Part shown: positions 11,438 to 26,527 of the stretch, piece after piece | Numbering within the stretch: position 1 is the first letter of the stretch | Layout: each line of letters starts with the position of its first letter | Source: Eledone cirrhosa | Taxonomy: Eukaryota | Direction: 5' to 3' | NCBI GenBank assembly: GCA_964016885.1 | Contig: OZ024747.1 | Coordinates: 78,926,001 to 78,990,000 of the forward strand | Length of the DNA: 64,000 nucleotides | Notes under the pieces: model-generated | The model's input: only the letters and a program-made list of their open reading frames with translations | Databases searched by the model: none | Told to the model about the DNA's origin: nothing | Program-made: the position numbers and the translations under genes

Positions 11438-13114
11438 TAATAAAATTGAGAGGCAACCTAAACATACATTCTTCTTGATTAAGAACTTACATGACAAGAA
11501 TTAGTGATTTGAATCTCACTGCAATCCAGTAAGTAATTATAGGTTAGTCTTGTATTTTATGCAAACAATTTGGGTGTAATGTATAGTATATTATCATAAT
11601 AATCACTGTTTAACATCTATTTTCCATACTGAGGTCTGACTGGTGAAGTGACCATGTCTTGCTCCGTTTTTGATTTGTTTTTATGGCTGGAAGCCTCTCC
11701 TAACACCAGCCACATTGCAGAATGTAATGAGACCACTACCACCTTACAGGGTGGACTAGTTGCTTTTCAACATTGCAACAACACTACCACATTCAGAGTG
11801 GGCTGGGTGCATTTTATAAATGGTGCCAACACTACTGCTGTAGGATACTTGGGTTCATTATGTCTTTGGCCAGGCTGGGGAGGCAGAAATGGGCGTGGGG
11901 AGTAAATATGAGAGGGGGTGAGTATAAGCTGCTTGGCAGAGTAAGATATTTCCATAATCTAGGAGAAAGAAAAACAACATAGGACCAACTTATCATCATC
12001 CTCAACATCACCTAACATCCGTTTTTTCTGCTACAAAGGATTGGGCAATGCAGTTTCTGCATTGTAAATATGCTCTTGTGTGGAATTTTGAGATTCAAAA
12101 AAGAGAAAATAAAGACTTCCTTTTAAGAAAACCTTCATGACTAGATAAGAAATCTTTCCTACCATTCCTGTCTGTAAACTTCCAAGGATAATTATTGGCT
12201 GACTAGAATGCAAGTTTATCTGAATGATTATGAAATAAATACTTAGGTTCATTTTTACTAAATTTATTTGCACTATTAACGAATTAAAATGTTTGAAGTC
12301 TTTCTCTTAGAGTTGCTTCCCTTTGTAACCATTGCATGTTAGTCTTTAATTCGCGTCTTACTATCAATTTCACACAAACACTTTCCTCTCTTAATAACAA
12401 TGTCTTTATTAAGTTAGTGGCTTTGTGGAATGATTTACACAAAACACATGCAACCATGGCTGCATAATTTTTTATGTACATATTGGGTTTAGCGCAAACA
12501 GGCATAGAAGTGAGTTTTCTAGAATAGAAAGTGCAAATATATAGAGATCAGAAAGAAAAATTATATAAACGATATTTAAAATACTAGCAAGGAGTAACAA
12601 AAATGTTGTTTCCATTTTGTTTTTCAATATAGAAATTGAATTTCATTGATTAACAACAAATATCAATAAAAAGTGAAAACAAATATAAAAGGAAATCATT
12701 TTTTAGCTAAATAAATAAAATATATCTTATCTTTGCCTACAGCAATAATCTTTAGAGCGAAATACGGCTAGTGCTTTTGAATAAAATTTTATTTTTAATA
12801 CTTTTTCTTGATAAGAAAAGAGAAAATAAAATACACAATATTTTGTGTATGTGTACAGGGCAAGAAGCTAATAATCATCATAATACAAACAAGTGTTTTG
12901 TTAAGCTAGTGCAACAACAATACAACAATACAATGTTTGAAATATATATGAGAAAACTTGAAAAAAAAAAAAGAGACAAACATGCCGTTAGCTTTGATTT
13001 TGTAACAAAAACAAATGATTTGAAGATAGTTTTATACTTTTTACAATATTCCAAAATTACATATTGAAAAAAAAAAAATTTTTTTTTCAGTATACGAACT
13101 TTTTGTTGATTCGT

Positions 13115-13385
13115 GCTTAGCTCAGATGAACTCCACTGTAGAATACTGTACCCACATCTGGGATAGTGCTGCTGCAACACACACACGACATCTAGTAAAA
13201 AGCCATAATTGACCTAAAGTCACCCAGACACGCTCCATCGAAACCTGTGACCCATATACAAACTGCCTCCTCTATTGTAATTTCAATGGCTTCCACTTGT
13301 AGGATCTCTAGTCATCTCTACTCAGGCGCCCCACTCGTCTATTTTCTCATCATCCATGTTGTGTCCGAACCCCCACATTAATACA
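13115..13385 (+). pseudogene. Degraded CR1/Jockey-like RT C-terminal fragment
   Basis: AQMNSTVEYCTHIWDSAAATH resembles AQVRP.MEYCSHIWG.A; downstream HP..V-like motif near 13350. Confidence 0.55.
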
Positions 13386-13559
13386 GAACGTTGACTTCCA
13401 GCAGCAGAGCATCAGTAGAGACCCTGTGACGGCCAGAGATACTGCTTCATAATCCAGACCAAGTAATAAAAAATATTTTAAAAGACAAAACTCAGAATAT
13501 AAGAGTAAAAAATCTGTTAAGTAACTTGTCCTGATATCTGCCAACAGACGAGCTGACAA

Positions 13560-13742
13560 GAGAACCTCTACATGGTCAGTCGACCAGCTAAAACTAGCAA
13601 CCAATTCACCCTAAATTACACCATAGGATATTGAAAAAGAAAGGGCATTCTGCACAATATGGGCCTAGATAACTAAAAAGACAAAATGACCCTAGCTGAA
13701 GTATCTGCTTAAACAGGACAGACTCAGGGCTAGATAACAACT
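13560..13742 (+). repeat. Unclassified dispersed repeat family D (SINE-like)
   Basis: ctctacatggtcagtcgaccagctaaaactagcaaccaatt...; relatives at 17390-17550(+), 25258-25312(-), 31795-31990(+). Confidence 0.6.
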
Positions 13743-14515
13743 CTAAAATAATTAATTCCTATGTTTATAAAATGGAGAAATTCATGTGTAATGTAAAGGA
13801 ATCGTTCTGTACATTACTATGAAGTCTTATAATCATGAGGAAATCGGTCATTTGAACTAAAAATGTAAGACTAAATAAAACATGAAGCAGAAAAAATAAC
13901 TATTTACTGCAGCTCTGATTTTTTATGCCAAATAATAATTGTTTCTACTTTTGGCACAAGGCCAGCAATTATCTCAGTACATTACTGGTACATTATTTTA
14001 TCGACCCCATAAGGATGAAAGGCAAAGTTAACCTCAGCATATTTTGTACATATTTTTATTCATGAAAGATTGAAAAGGAAGGCCAACCATGTCCAACTCA
14101 AATTGTAATAGGAAGTGATTTTTTTTTTTAATTTCTTTTTTAATCAATGAGAGAAAGGCAGTGCCCATGACCACAGAGACTGGTGAAAGAGGAGGAAGGT
14201 ATCTTGAAAGAGGTGACCTGGTCTCAATACTAAAAGCACCCAAGTGACAGCAGGTAGTTTTGTCCTTTCTCAATATGAAAAGCAGGGCTACATGAAACAT
14301 TCACAAGTTATGGGAGGGAAAAGTAAGTATTGAAAGAAAAATATATGATATGCAGAGAATGGAGAGATATAACATAAGCTTGATCCAATGGATGTATATG
14401 TAGATTTGACCTAGATCAAGATAGCTGTGAGAGAAGCTGAGTATTAAAATCAACTGATGTGTGCATGGTAAACTTGTCAGGAAATAATCAATGAATGATA
14501 GTTCAAAACATGTAA

Positions 14516-14557
<42 letters not shown>

Positions 14558-15697
14558 AATGATTTAGCTGTGTTAAAAGCATGACAACCTCAATAATGTT
14601 GGTGACCTACACAATAAATGCTCCCAGTACACTCTGTAAAGTGATTGATGATAGAGTATCCAGTCATAGAAAACTTGCCTAACAAAAGGTCAAGAGGACC
14701 TTCAGCTTTGCCAAAGACATGTCAATCTACCTAGTGCTGGTGCCACAATTAAATGTATTTTGTAGAGTACAGGAATGAATTTGAGATGCAGACACCCAGC
14801 CCACCAAAATTTCAATGAAAGATGTACCAAATTTTCAAATAGGTCAGATGGTAGTGTTAAAATTAATAGCACAAAGTTGCAGAACATAAACAAATGACAT
14901 CAAGTTTTTAAGCAGTCAACATGACATACATGAAGACTAACACACACACACACAGCAGACTTCTGCACAGTTTCCGTTTACCAAATTTCGCTCACAAAGC
15001 AGTTACTCTGAGGCTATATTATACAGGACATTTGCTGAAAGTACCACAGTCCAAATTTGAAACCATATCGCTGTGAAGTGAACTTTTTTCTTAATCATAT
15101 AACATGCATACTGCTATATGTATGCTTACATGTGTGTATTACATATATATATGCATGTATATATACAAATGTATTCAAACCATACATTCGAAATTCATTA
15201 ACCATTCAACACTCCTTATATGTATGATTGTTATTATAAATAAACACACGCACACACACACACACGTTACACATACTTTTGTGTGAGCTAAATCCCAAAA
15301 CTAATTGGTCGGTTATGGTAACATGGTAAAATCTTCCACAAACTGTATTCACACAAAACTGAAGAGGTGCTCAGAACAACAACACTGTAAGCTAGAAAAG
15401 CACTCTTAAAAATTGAATGAATCTTAATGACAACAGAAACTCACATGAATTCATAGCAGAATCTAAAGAAAGAAAAAATCCATTTCTAATGTGCGAAAAT
15501 TATTCTACTTCATTCATATATATAATATATATATATATAATGGGAACAAGAATCAGTATTACATCATATACATATTTAATTACATATTACATATGTTTCA
15601 CTGTCAATCAGCTCAAGGAATGATCGAATAATGTTTGTTCCTGACTCTGGGATCTGAAGCTCCTCAGATATGTGTTCCCACATGTAGACGAATACAT

Positions 15698-15731
<34 letters not shown>

Positions 15732-15737
15732 CATCAA

Positions 15738-16017
15738 AAGTTATGTTGGTACCACAACATCCAGCCCGAAACAAATGAGGTCGTGTAGGTGTCACGACAA
15801 AAAAGACACAGTCCACGCTGTAATGTGGCCGTGTAGGTAACACGGTAAAAACCTCCCAGTTCCACACTGTAAATGTGGTTGGTGTTAGGAAGGGCATCCA
15901 GCCGTAGAAAACCCGCCAGACAGTCCTATGCGAGCAAGACAACCACTCTTGCCTCAAGTGGGAAAACTCCCGTCCAAACCCATGCAAGCGTGGAACATGG
16001 ACGTTAAACGATGATGA

Positions 16018-16021
<4 letters not shown>
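15738..16021 (+). mobile_element. RTE LINE 3'UTR, young copy
   Basis: Near-identical reverse complement of 39156-39565, ending ggacgttaaacgatgatgatgat; inserted between TA/CA tracts. Confidence 0.9.
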
Positions 16022-16060
<39 letters not shown>

Positions 16061-16277
16061 TATATATCAAGGAAACAAGTACAAACAAACAAGAGAATGC
16101 ATTAACATAGTCTTATTAGTTTCATGCTTAAAAGAAAGAGAGTGAGTGACATAGTCAACGTAACATGCATTTGCAGCTCATCAAAGAGAATAAAAGATAT
16201 ATTGTGAAAATAATAATATAAACTTGAATATCAATATAAATACCAACCAATCTTAGGATTTCTGCAGTGAAATTAAT

Positions 16278-16467
16278 GCTTTCTGATTTAGGCAACAATT
16301 TGGGGGAGGAGAAAGCCGACTAAATCGACCCCCAGTGCATTACTGGTACTTTATTTTATCGACCCCATAAGGATGAAAGGCAAAGCTAACCTCGACAGGA
16401 TTTGAACTCAGATAATAAAAGGCTGTAACTACATGCCACAAAGCATGTTGGGCAACGCTCTACCGAG
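16278..16467 (-). mobile_element. SINE family A (longer-tail subfamily)
   Basis: tcgacccccagtgcattactggtactttattttatcgaccccataaggatgaaaggc...gatttgaactc. Confidence 0.85.
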
Positions 16468-17157
16468 TGGAATTAATGTCCAAACATTGCATGTAAAAAT
16501 CTACACTTACCCAAGTAGTGCCAGTCTATGTTTATTTCAATGATGTATGTTGTTGATTGATCAATAGGTCAGCCTACTTATGAAATTAATGTGTGTGAAC
16601 ATTCCACAGACACGTGTATACTCAGAACAGTGATTCTCAGGGTGTTTCAGTAAGACACAGATTGTGTCAGCTAAACTTTTGAATGTATCAGATAGGCTTC
16701 CAAACAATTTCCATCCATCAATTTCACCCAGAAGGCTTGGGTCAACCAATGACATTTGTTGAAGATGTTATACAAAGAAATCCAACTCAGAACCTAATGA
16801 TGGTGAAGTAAACTTTTTAACTATTCAGACATGTTGCAATTCCACACACACTTATTCTGTAAAAATGTGCCATTATTGAAAACTATCTTCATTTCAAGGA
16901 TATTAAAATAGAGTAATAAAAATGTTGATATGCTAGGAAAATGGAAAAGATGAATAGCTACATCTATCATTAAATAATATAATCAATAAAGATCTTTAAT
17001 AATAAAACTTATTGAACATGAGAAACATCAAGTAATTTGTTTTGAATTAACTTGCTACAGTGTATAGTGCAGTGGAAATATTTAGATTTTGAAACCTTGT
17101 CATGATTTTACATATTCAATTCTTAAATAAAGCTGTATCTAAATATTCAGAATTATT

Positions 17158-17347
17158 GTGGATTGGCAGGATCAGTAGAGCTTCAGACACAATGCTTTGC
17201 AGCGTAGAGTTATGGCCCTTTACGTTCAGAGTTCAAATCCCGTCGAGGTTAACTTTGCCTTTCATCCTTACGGGGTCGATAAAATAAAGTACCAGTAATA
17301 CACTGGTGTAATTGCTGGCCTTGTGCCAAAAGTAGAAACAATTATTA
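17158..17347 (+). mobile_element. SINE family A, full length
   Basis: A box tggcaggatcag, B box gagttcaaatccc, central domain and attatt tail. Confidence 0.92.
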
Positions 17348-17959
17348 ATGACATACAATTTTACCTGAAACTACGTGATATGTTTGTCATGCTACGAATA
17401 GCAGCTAAATTTCCCTTCAAGAACACACACACACTGGATAATGTAGTCCAACACACACTCGACCTTTAAAAAAAAAGACACGATGGTCATGGTTGGAATG
17501 CTTTTGATTACACGTCAACTTAATCAAGGCTGGACTGGAGCTAAATAACTACAATCCACACAAAACTGTATCAATCTCAATTTAAATATTTGTTTTAAAA
17601 GTATTCAAAGTAAATGTACACAAAACCTTGGAGGGAGCAGGACTAAAAATAACAGAAGTTTAAACATTACCACAAAAGTCATGCTTTTACATTTAATTCT
17701 CTTCCGCAAATGGAAGAATATATAGCGACTGGAATGAGACTACATAATACTGGTGAATAAGTAAACACAAGATGGAAAACAGGAAAATCTGAAGGAGAAG
17801 AGAGTCTATAAACTAAAGAATGTCTCCATTAAATATAGGTTCAGAAAAACTCTACATGATGACATGAGTGGAAGTTCCTCTGTGACAACTTATTGTGTAA
17901 GACACCAAGCTAGATAGATGGTGACCTCGTGGTGGAACAGCATCATAGATAAGACCAAG

Positions 17960-18300
17960 AGTCAAACATAAAAGACTAGAAAAATGGAGGTAGCTAGAAG
18001 TGAAACTAGAAGACAGGTATTCACAGCACACAAGGTAACTAAAAACAGGAGGTTTACCAATGTCCTGGGAAGTGAAAACAAGAAGACTGAGGTGTCCCAC
18101 ATTGCAAAGCAGTATGTCAGTGTGAATCAGGATTGGTGGAAAATAAGATGGAAATAACACTAGTGGACTGAACATAACTGATATTCAAAAGAAGGAGGCC
18201 TGGAAATGTTATTTTGAGAAGTTGGTGAATGTGGAGAATGAATGGGAATAAGAGAGAGACTACCCAAGCTGACCCTACTGAATGACCAGCTTGATAATTC
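17960..18300 (+). pseudogene. RTE ORF fragment (endonuclease-RT linker)
   Basis: IAKQYVSVNQD...EAWKCYFEKLVNVENEW matches the RTE linker pattern WKEYFEKLLNEENEW. Confidence 0.6.
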
Positions 18301-18529
18301 AAAGAAGATAGGTCAAAGAAGAAATCAGAGAGATGAAAAACTTGGAGGGGGTGGTGCTACTAGTAGTAGTAGCAGCAGCAGCAGCAATAGTAGTAGATAT
18401 AAGAAAAAAAACAAGGCAGCATAAATTCAAATGGTATCAATTTGAAAGTTTAATTAAGTTGTTTTATAATCATAGATAGGTTCTCTTTTGGAAATGTTGT
18501 GATGTTATAAGATTACATAATATAAGGGC

Positions 18530-18622
18530 CCTTAACTCCTAATGGAGTTATAGGGGCACTGTACTGACACACGGTGTGTTTAGGCTATTTAAAACCTGGT
18601 AGAAATCATCTCTCTTCAGGTT
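18530..18622 (+). repeat. Unclassified dispersed repeat family E
   Basis: ccttaactcctaatggagttataggggcactg...atttaaaacctggtag; relatives at 21240-21318(+) and 53158-53253(-). Confidence 0.6.
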
Positions 18623-18638
18623 GTCATAATATATAATT

Positions 18639-18879
18639 TTAACCCTTTAGCATTTAAACCAGCCGTATCCCACCAGAATTCTCTCACCTCTTTCTGCTCA
18701 AACTGGCCATAACTGGCTGTTCATACTTATATTAACATATTGTTCTTAAAGTAAATAATATCAAAATCTCATAGATCCGATATTATGTGAGATAATTATG
18801 TGAGGTAAAGTGTTTACCATGAAAATATAATAGTAAATACAATAGCATATATAGTGTAATGTAAATGGTAAAGGGTTAA
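18639..18879. mobile_element. piggyBac-type MITE family A (opposite orientation to the 4179 copy)
   Basis: TTAACCCTTTAGCATTTA ... TAAATGGTAAAGGGTTAA. Confidence 0.9.
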
Positions 18880-21800
18880 AATCAAAGAAGTACAGAAATT
18901 AGCAGAAGAAAATATGTTTTCTTGTTCCAAAAGAACATGAGAATCATTCAAAAAGAGAGAGAAAGAGCAGCAGAAATATATAGGAATTACTTCCAATATT
19001 ATCATTTATATTTTTTTTCCTTTAACCATTTATCTTCATCTTCACTCTCTATCTTTTTTCCTTCCGATTTTATTTGCCAGTATCTTTCAAATTCGTCTCT
19101 ACATTGTGGAGTCACAACATTAAGACTCCCAATTTTCAACTCTCTTCTCTCACAAAGTGAAGATGTGTGGCTTAGTAGGTTTCATTTTTGAACCAGGTTC
19201 TTGAGCATAACATTTCACTTCACATCACTTGAGTTCACTCAGTTGAAAATGACAATAGTGATCGACTGACATCCTGTCCAGGAGAGAGAGGAAGTTTTCT
19301 ACATTCAATCAGAACAAAACCAGGGTAAGCACCAGCCAAATGAGCCTGCTGGTTTGGGACAGACTTTAACTTCTCTCATGAAGTTGTAATTGGTAGTCTT
19401 AACACTGTTGCCTGCCTCAGATTCTAGAAAACGAAACCAGTAATGAATTTGATACTACTTAGTTTTATATTGTACTGATATGAAGATCCTATTTTAAGAA
19501 TGGAGGAGAATATAGTTAATTGATTTGCCAGATATTCATTTTATTTACCCTGGAAAGATTTCAACTAAAAGATAAGTGAAGGAATAGTCGTGTGGGTAAG
19601 AAGTTTCTTCTGCAATCACATGGCTTCAGAGAGGTTTCTACTGTACAGTAACTTGGCTTCATGAATGGCTTAGGAGTGAAATTTGGTAAATGGAAACTAT
19701 GTAGAAGCCCATCAAATATATATATTCAGTTTAGAATAGGTATGCTGTAAACCTGCTTGTCATGAGAAGTGGCTAAAAGGGCAGCCAGTTATAAAACTGT
19801 CTCAAAAGGACCCATCCAACCCATGCCAGCAGGTAAAGGTTAATGTAAAAACAATGTGGATATAATAAAATGCACCTGTTACACCCCATAGTGCCAGAAA
19901 ATAATGCACCCAGTACACCCTGGCTGGTGTTGGGAAGGGCATCTAGACATAAAAGAAAAATGCTAACTATGGAATGTATGAGCAAGACAGGTCGCTCCAA
20001 AATGATTCTACAGGGCTAGAACTGTTTCATTCAAAAGAAGTCATCAGGAAAGCTGACTTATGATTTCTGGTGGTTTGGAAGGTGGTGATTTTGGGGATGT
20101 GTGGAGGTCATTGGCTAAGGGATTTTAAAAAACATTCACACTCACATACAAACACCCACACACCTAAATGAGTCTATAAAAATGGGGTTTATGAGTGACT
20201 GATAATTGTCAGGCTCTGGCCAAAGAATTTTTGGTATCAATGGATTTTTGACACCTGTCAAATCAATTATGGAGTCTGAGCACTTTAGTAGGACTATACC
20301 ATATATCAATACCTATTTACAACTTAACATGCAGAACTACACTGATTTGCAGTTTTCCCACTGAACTGTAAACTATGCTAATGAAAGTGCTAATTCAATA
20401 CACATATTGGAGCATCAAAGATCCAAATATGATGTTAAAGAGTAAGCCTGTTATTAGTGGCATTGGTATTGGAGATAATTGGCACAGGTAATCGAAATAT
20501 TTTTCAGATAGTTAGATACATTATGTTTCTGATTAGGAAATTCTTCCAAATTCACATTGCTTTTCATCCATCTGATTATATATCAATACGACAAACAAAC
20601 ACTGTCCTCATACAAATGAAATCACCTGTGTCTCATGAATAGGTGTACCCATCTACATTCTCTTATGGTAAATAAAGAAATTATTATTCTGCCAAAGTCT
20701 ATGGTTGATTTTGGCTTTCATCCCTCCAAAGTCAATAAGATAAGTACTGGTCAAGTATTGGGAATGATTCGATCAGTGAACTGCCAGAATTGTCAGATTA
20801 AATACCTCAGTATTTGTTCCAGCTCACTGTACTTTGAGTTTGAATCTTGCTGAAGTGAACTTTGCTATTCATCCTCTCTGGGTTGACAAATAAAGAACAT
20901 ATCCAGGTGGTAGGTGGTGGATTAGTGGAATTGTTAAAGAGTCAAACAAGATGTTTTATGGTGCATGTTCCAGCTCTGTGCATTCCAAGTTCAAATCCTA
21001 TCTATTACTGGATAAACAGTGATACTTCTGCCAGGAATCGCAACTGGTAGATAATGTCAGCAATAGAAAAACCAAGAGACATAGTTTCCTGAGTTTGATC
21101 TGACAATAGGCTGCTCCTTTTCTTTTTCAATCAACTACAAGAAATTGTAGAGAAATAAACCTTATATATAACAGGGATTTCAAGCAAATTTGAACAAACT
21201 GCTATTTTAGTCAATGTATGTATGGATATGAAAATCCTGGTGGTATCATAGGGGCACTGATATAGAGGGATGTCTTGCACATTTAAAACCTGGCAGAGCC
21301 TATTCCTTCTCCAGGTCTAAACTCAACTGATTTCTTCCAGCAAAGGAAAGAGAGAGTGATACACAGGACGTGGAAAAGATATATAGAGGAAGAATTAACT
21401 CCAATACTGGTTCGACCTCGAAAGGATGAAAGATTTTGAACTCAGATTACAAAGAGCCAGAACAAATATCACAAAGCATTCAATCTGACGTTCTTACAAT
21501 TCAGCCAATTCCCCATTAATATCAAAAGTGCATTGGAAAAAATACTTTGTGAGATTTATTCCAGCTCTTTGTATTCTAAGTTCAAACCAGCCAAAGCTAC
21601 CTTTTATCCTTCTGGAATTGACAAAGAACCAGTTTAGGGCAGAAGACGAATGAAATCATTAGAGCATTGGATGAAATGTTTGTTCTGGCTCTTTGCATTC
21701 CTAGTTTAAACCCCTACTGTGTGGTAGACTCAATTTGGTGGTCTTGGGGCAACTTTAGTGGAGTCTATTTTGTTGCAAGCATTGAAACGAGGTCTATAGT

Positions 21801-23408
21801 TTAAAGATACCTTCTTCATTCCTTTTCACAAAGCCTGGAAAAATGATAGGGTCGTGGTCACTGCCTTTCCCTCCTGACTAAGCAATAAAACATGGTTTAT
21901 AATTTAGGCACAAGGCCAGCAATTTAAAGGGAGGAGAAAATCACTAAAATAAGATCCAGTACTTGATTGGTACTTTATTGACCCCAAAAGGATGAAAGGA
22001 AAAGCTGACCTCTGTGGCACTTAAATTCAGAACTTAAAGAGACTTTAAGATAAACTTGTAATCATAAAGTTAAGAGTTCTAAGTTCTCCTTCTCGACACA
22101 TTGAAAAATTGTAAAAGAGACGAACTGATGTGTATGTGTTTGTCTATTTGAGACAAGAGACTTGAACATTAGAGGAAGAAAACATTAAGTGTGCACACAC
22201 ATGCAGTAAATCACGAATATTTTTGTCAATGCTACTTAAATCCGTGTCCACTCCAGGATGTTGAATGTTTTTACGGAAGTCTTGATGCATACGTGTTTTA
22301 TATGTATTAGCTATTGTAAGCCTCACAAACCTAACTTTTTAAAACACTCATCAAAACTATATTGACTATAAATTTAGAATTATTGGAGATAAAAATGTTC
22401 CATATGCCTCAAATATGTTGGTTTGCATGTGTTTTTACATTTCTCTTGTCTTTTTGTTCCTCACACACGAAAGAGAATGCGTGCATTTCTATAAGTTTGA
22501 GGACATGATAAAATTATAACAGCAATCCTGAGTATGCATCATATAAATATTATGCACTTATAATATAATTTATATAATTATATTTCTATATAACACATTT
22601 GAGAAACATATTCTCTTCATCAGCCCCTCCCTTTGCCTGCTCTTCTCCCAGTAATACTAATAATTAAACAGTTGTGTCATGCGTGTGCTTGTAATATATT
22701 TCTGACCAAGCGTGGAATAAATTGTGGTTGACACCGTGAGAAGTAAATTGTGTAACAAGAATGTTTCACTGTTAAACTGCAGCACAAGAGAAAGAACACT
22801 AGTAGAACTTTCAGTAAATGTGTACCTATACTTGGTACAGCTCCACCAGTTTTCTAATGAAATACACCGTATTTCAATTAATTAATGAAGAATTTCGAGA
22901 GATTTACTGCAGCTAATAATTATTCAATTGTTAATATGGTATTTTTAACATAATATAAAAGGTTCTTTTATCAAATTATATCGGAAGATTTAAATTTAAA
23001 GCACTCTTTAAAATATGATGTTTATTTCACAGTACCAGAGGCAGTTTTATGTGGGTTGGTATCAAAAGAATTAAAGGGTAAAAAGAACTCAATACAATTT
23101 TTATTGTCGAGTAAATAATTTTATTGGAGTAATTAATAAAAGCCTCAAGTAACCAGTGATTTCATCTCTGATTCATATGGTGCTATTTGACCTACAATGG
23201 TCAAAATCTATAAAAGTATTTCTTTTGCAAGATTTCTTATCTGAAAACGTGTGTTGAAACAGATTTTGTTATAATTTGGGAGCTTTGATAATAAACAAAT
23301 AAACAACCATCTAGTTATTAAACCAACCAACTGGAAATTTGTAATAAATTGAAGTGAAAACTACCAGGTGTGTGTGTTTTTATTTGCAGCATGACTCTCC
23401 CTAAGTAT

Positions 23409-23462
<54 letters not shown>

Positions 23463-23653
23463 GCGCATACATGTCGATGAAGCCATATATTCAAGAAAGT
23501 AGAAGAAAAAAAAATCAAAATTAGTGGATCCTAAATTTTTTATCTGCTTAATGTTACTGAAAATGCCTTCCTCTATAAAGTGATCACAATAAGCGGTTTG
23601 TACTATAAACAAATGTTTGTGAATGTTTCGGTTTAGTTTTAAAAAGGTAAGAG

Positions 23654-23748
23654 TGTATGTATGTATGTATGTATATATATATACATACATACATACATAC
23701 ATACATACATACATACATACATACATACACATCTACATATATATATAT
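23654..23748. repeat. (TATG)n/(CATA)n microsatellite
   Basis: Direct reading; adjoins a SINE A tail. Confidence 0.95.
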
Positions 23749-23935
23749 GATAATTGTTTCTACTTTTGGCACAAGGCCAGCTATTACCCTAGGGTATTAC
23801 TGGTACTTTATTTTATCGACCCCGTAAGGATGAAAGGCAAAGTCAACCTCGGCGGGATTTGAACTCAGAATGGCAAGGGCCGTAACTCAATGCGTCAAAG
23901 CATGGCGTCCGACCCTCTACCGATACTGCCAATCC
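23749..23935 (-). mobile_element. SINE family A, CpG-intact copy
   Basis: Full match to the family, retaining ctcggcggg, gcgtcc, accgat CpGs. Confidence 0.92.
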
Positions 23936-26527
23936 ATATATATATATATATATGATGATATATATATACTTATAATCTGAGTCTAGTCATGACAGTAAGA
24001 GTGACACACATTCTAACGAGTACTTTCAACCACCATCGCCTCTCCTCCACGCCCCCCCCCCCACTATCTTCTACTACATACACACGTTCGGGAAGAAGAA
24101 CACAAGAGAGCCACTTCCATCCAACACAGACACCCTTCCGTAGCTATCTAATTCTATTGCTAACTTTTCCATCTCTCCACAAGTAATCATTAAAACTGTG
24201 AAAAAGAAAAATTCAAGAAAATTATTAAAACTAAAATACATGTAAAGAAAAATATATATTAAGTCGTGAAAGGGAGTGGGACGTATGAAACATCCGGTTA
24301 AGCGCCATGTGCGAACAAACCTCTCTCTATTCGTCTAGAGCACATTCTCCGACCTTAAAAATATGAAACCTCAACAGAAATAAGAGAACTTAGAGTAGCA
24401 ACAACCATCAGACAGCATTAGAATAATCAGTGTTTTCTCACTCGCTCCGAATGTCACGAATTCTCTTTACGGGTGGGTGCGGATGTGTTGCGTGTGTATG
24501 TGTTAGAATAAGTTAGTGGATGAACAAATAAAAATAAAATGTATGTATTAGAATGTTTTAAAATGGGTGAGAGAATAGACATAAGAGATGGTGAATATAC
24601 ACACACACAGAGTATATCTATGAAAGTGGGTAAATGCAAACGTTTGTCACCGAGGAGAAATATGCATTATAACGTGAGAAAGAAATTTGACTGGCTAGTA
24701 GACCCAGCTTTGTGTATATATATATGTGTGTATGATTGCGTATATATATATATGTGTGTGTGTGCGTATATATATATAAACTCAATTCACTTTAACCAGT
24801 ATATAGTGTGTGTATATACACTCACACGCAGTATGGGATACAACAACTGATGGAACCCAAACTGGACTGTCCCATATTTTTCAGAGTTTTTTTGCTCATC
24901 CTTCTACTGTGGTATTGGAGGAGACACCTGTGTGTGGGTGGATCTGTTATCGTGAGTGGGGTTCAAACGAGTATTAACAAGCGAAAATGGTGGTTGTGTA
25001 AAAGAAAAGCTTCCTTAATTAAATCAGTCGTTTTTTTTATTACAATGATAAAAGTGTTTTTTTTAAATTAAAACAAACAGGGGAATGAGAGATTAAATAA
25101 TAAGGAATTGGGCAAAATCTACAATGTTGGCTGAGCCCACACTAAACCAGTGTCGGCTCTTGTTGAGTTAGATAAATTGTGAAAACCTTTCCAGTCTATT
25201 CTGTCTTTAATGTACATAGGATATAACTAGGAATACTTTAATGAACATTTTAAAGACAGTAGGTATTTAGCTACTATTTGTAGAACGTCAAGCGACTACA
25301 TAAGGACTCCCATACAAAAGTAACAACACACCTCATATTTATATGTTGATGACTATCCACTCGATGGAAGACCATCACCGACTATAAGTACGGGTCAGTG
25401 ACTACATGCTTCCAGCCTATCAGGTCTGCTTGCACAGCCACCATCAGTTACATATATTATATATTTTGAGAAATTAGGCTTCACAAAACCAGAAAAATTG
25501 AAGCTAATTAAGAAATTAATTACAAGTCATTAAAGAACTGCGAAAATATGAAAAATATTCCAGGAGTTTAACATATTAAGTGCATACATACATTGAAAGC
25601 AAGCATAAAAACCCATACTTGCACTACACAGACGTGTGCACCACAAATATATGCATAAATACATACAAACATTCATACATTTAGACTTGTATCGCAACCG
25701 CCCTCGGTTCTATAAAACAAAACTGTATTTATCTAAAAACCTTCCCTCATAATTTCATGTAAGAACCTTTATTAAGTTATGTTTCAAAAACCAACTTAAT
25801 GACGATAAAGTTACATTACTAAATCCCCACCCCCCAAATTCTTGATTATTTTCAAAATAACGTGTCATTCACAAGAAATATGCCAACGAAAGGATCAAGA
25901 AATCCACGCAGATAAAACCACTGGTTGTTTGTTATTAATTTGGCTAAAATACAGAGAAAATATCAGTGTGTAAACTATTTGTAAAATATTATAGTTAGAT
26001 TTTGTATCTAAATTGTAAATCATTCATATTCATCATGGTTATTTAAGAGAAACTATAACACGTACACGCTACCGGAAACCTATAACAGTTCTAAAAATAG
26101 AATGCTTGTACTAAATTCAAAGGATGGGTCTGATCTAAGTCGTTTAATGACGAAGCTGGCAATATCGTGTTATCTGTCACACACAGTAGGATGCTTAAAA
26201 AAAAACACAGTATTTAAAGCATTCAAATGTTAACTGAATGAACACTCAATACTGAGTGTAGAAAGTAGAAATTTATTTTTCAAAGTAGAAAAATGGCAAT
26301 GACTTCGAAGTTCCAGTTTGGTCACTCCATTTGAATATTTGGTAGAGAATTTGTTCTTCGTTTTTTTTTTCCCCGTGTGCTATCAATTAAACTTAACCCC
26401 TAATGTGGTGCAAAGGACCTTATCCCCTAGAAATGGGAGGACGTGAGGGGGGGGGGGGACTTTTCACCCAACCCCATCAGAGTTTTCTTCACCATTCTTA
26501 CTGTTTTGTTGGTGTTTTTTTTTCCCC

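Noticed and set aside
15359-15410. CTGAAGA-GGTG...CACT motif
   Set aside because: GAAA is replaced by GTAA and there is no stem I or III.
20015-20056. CTGATGA-cttcttttgaat-GAAA hammerhead-like core (-)
   Set aside because: No stem I pairing after the putative cleavage site.
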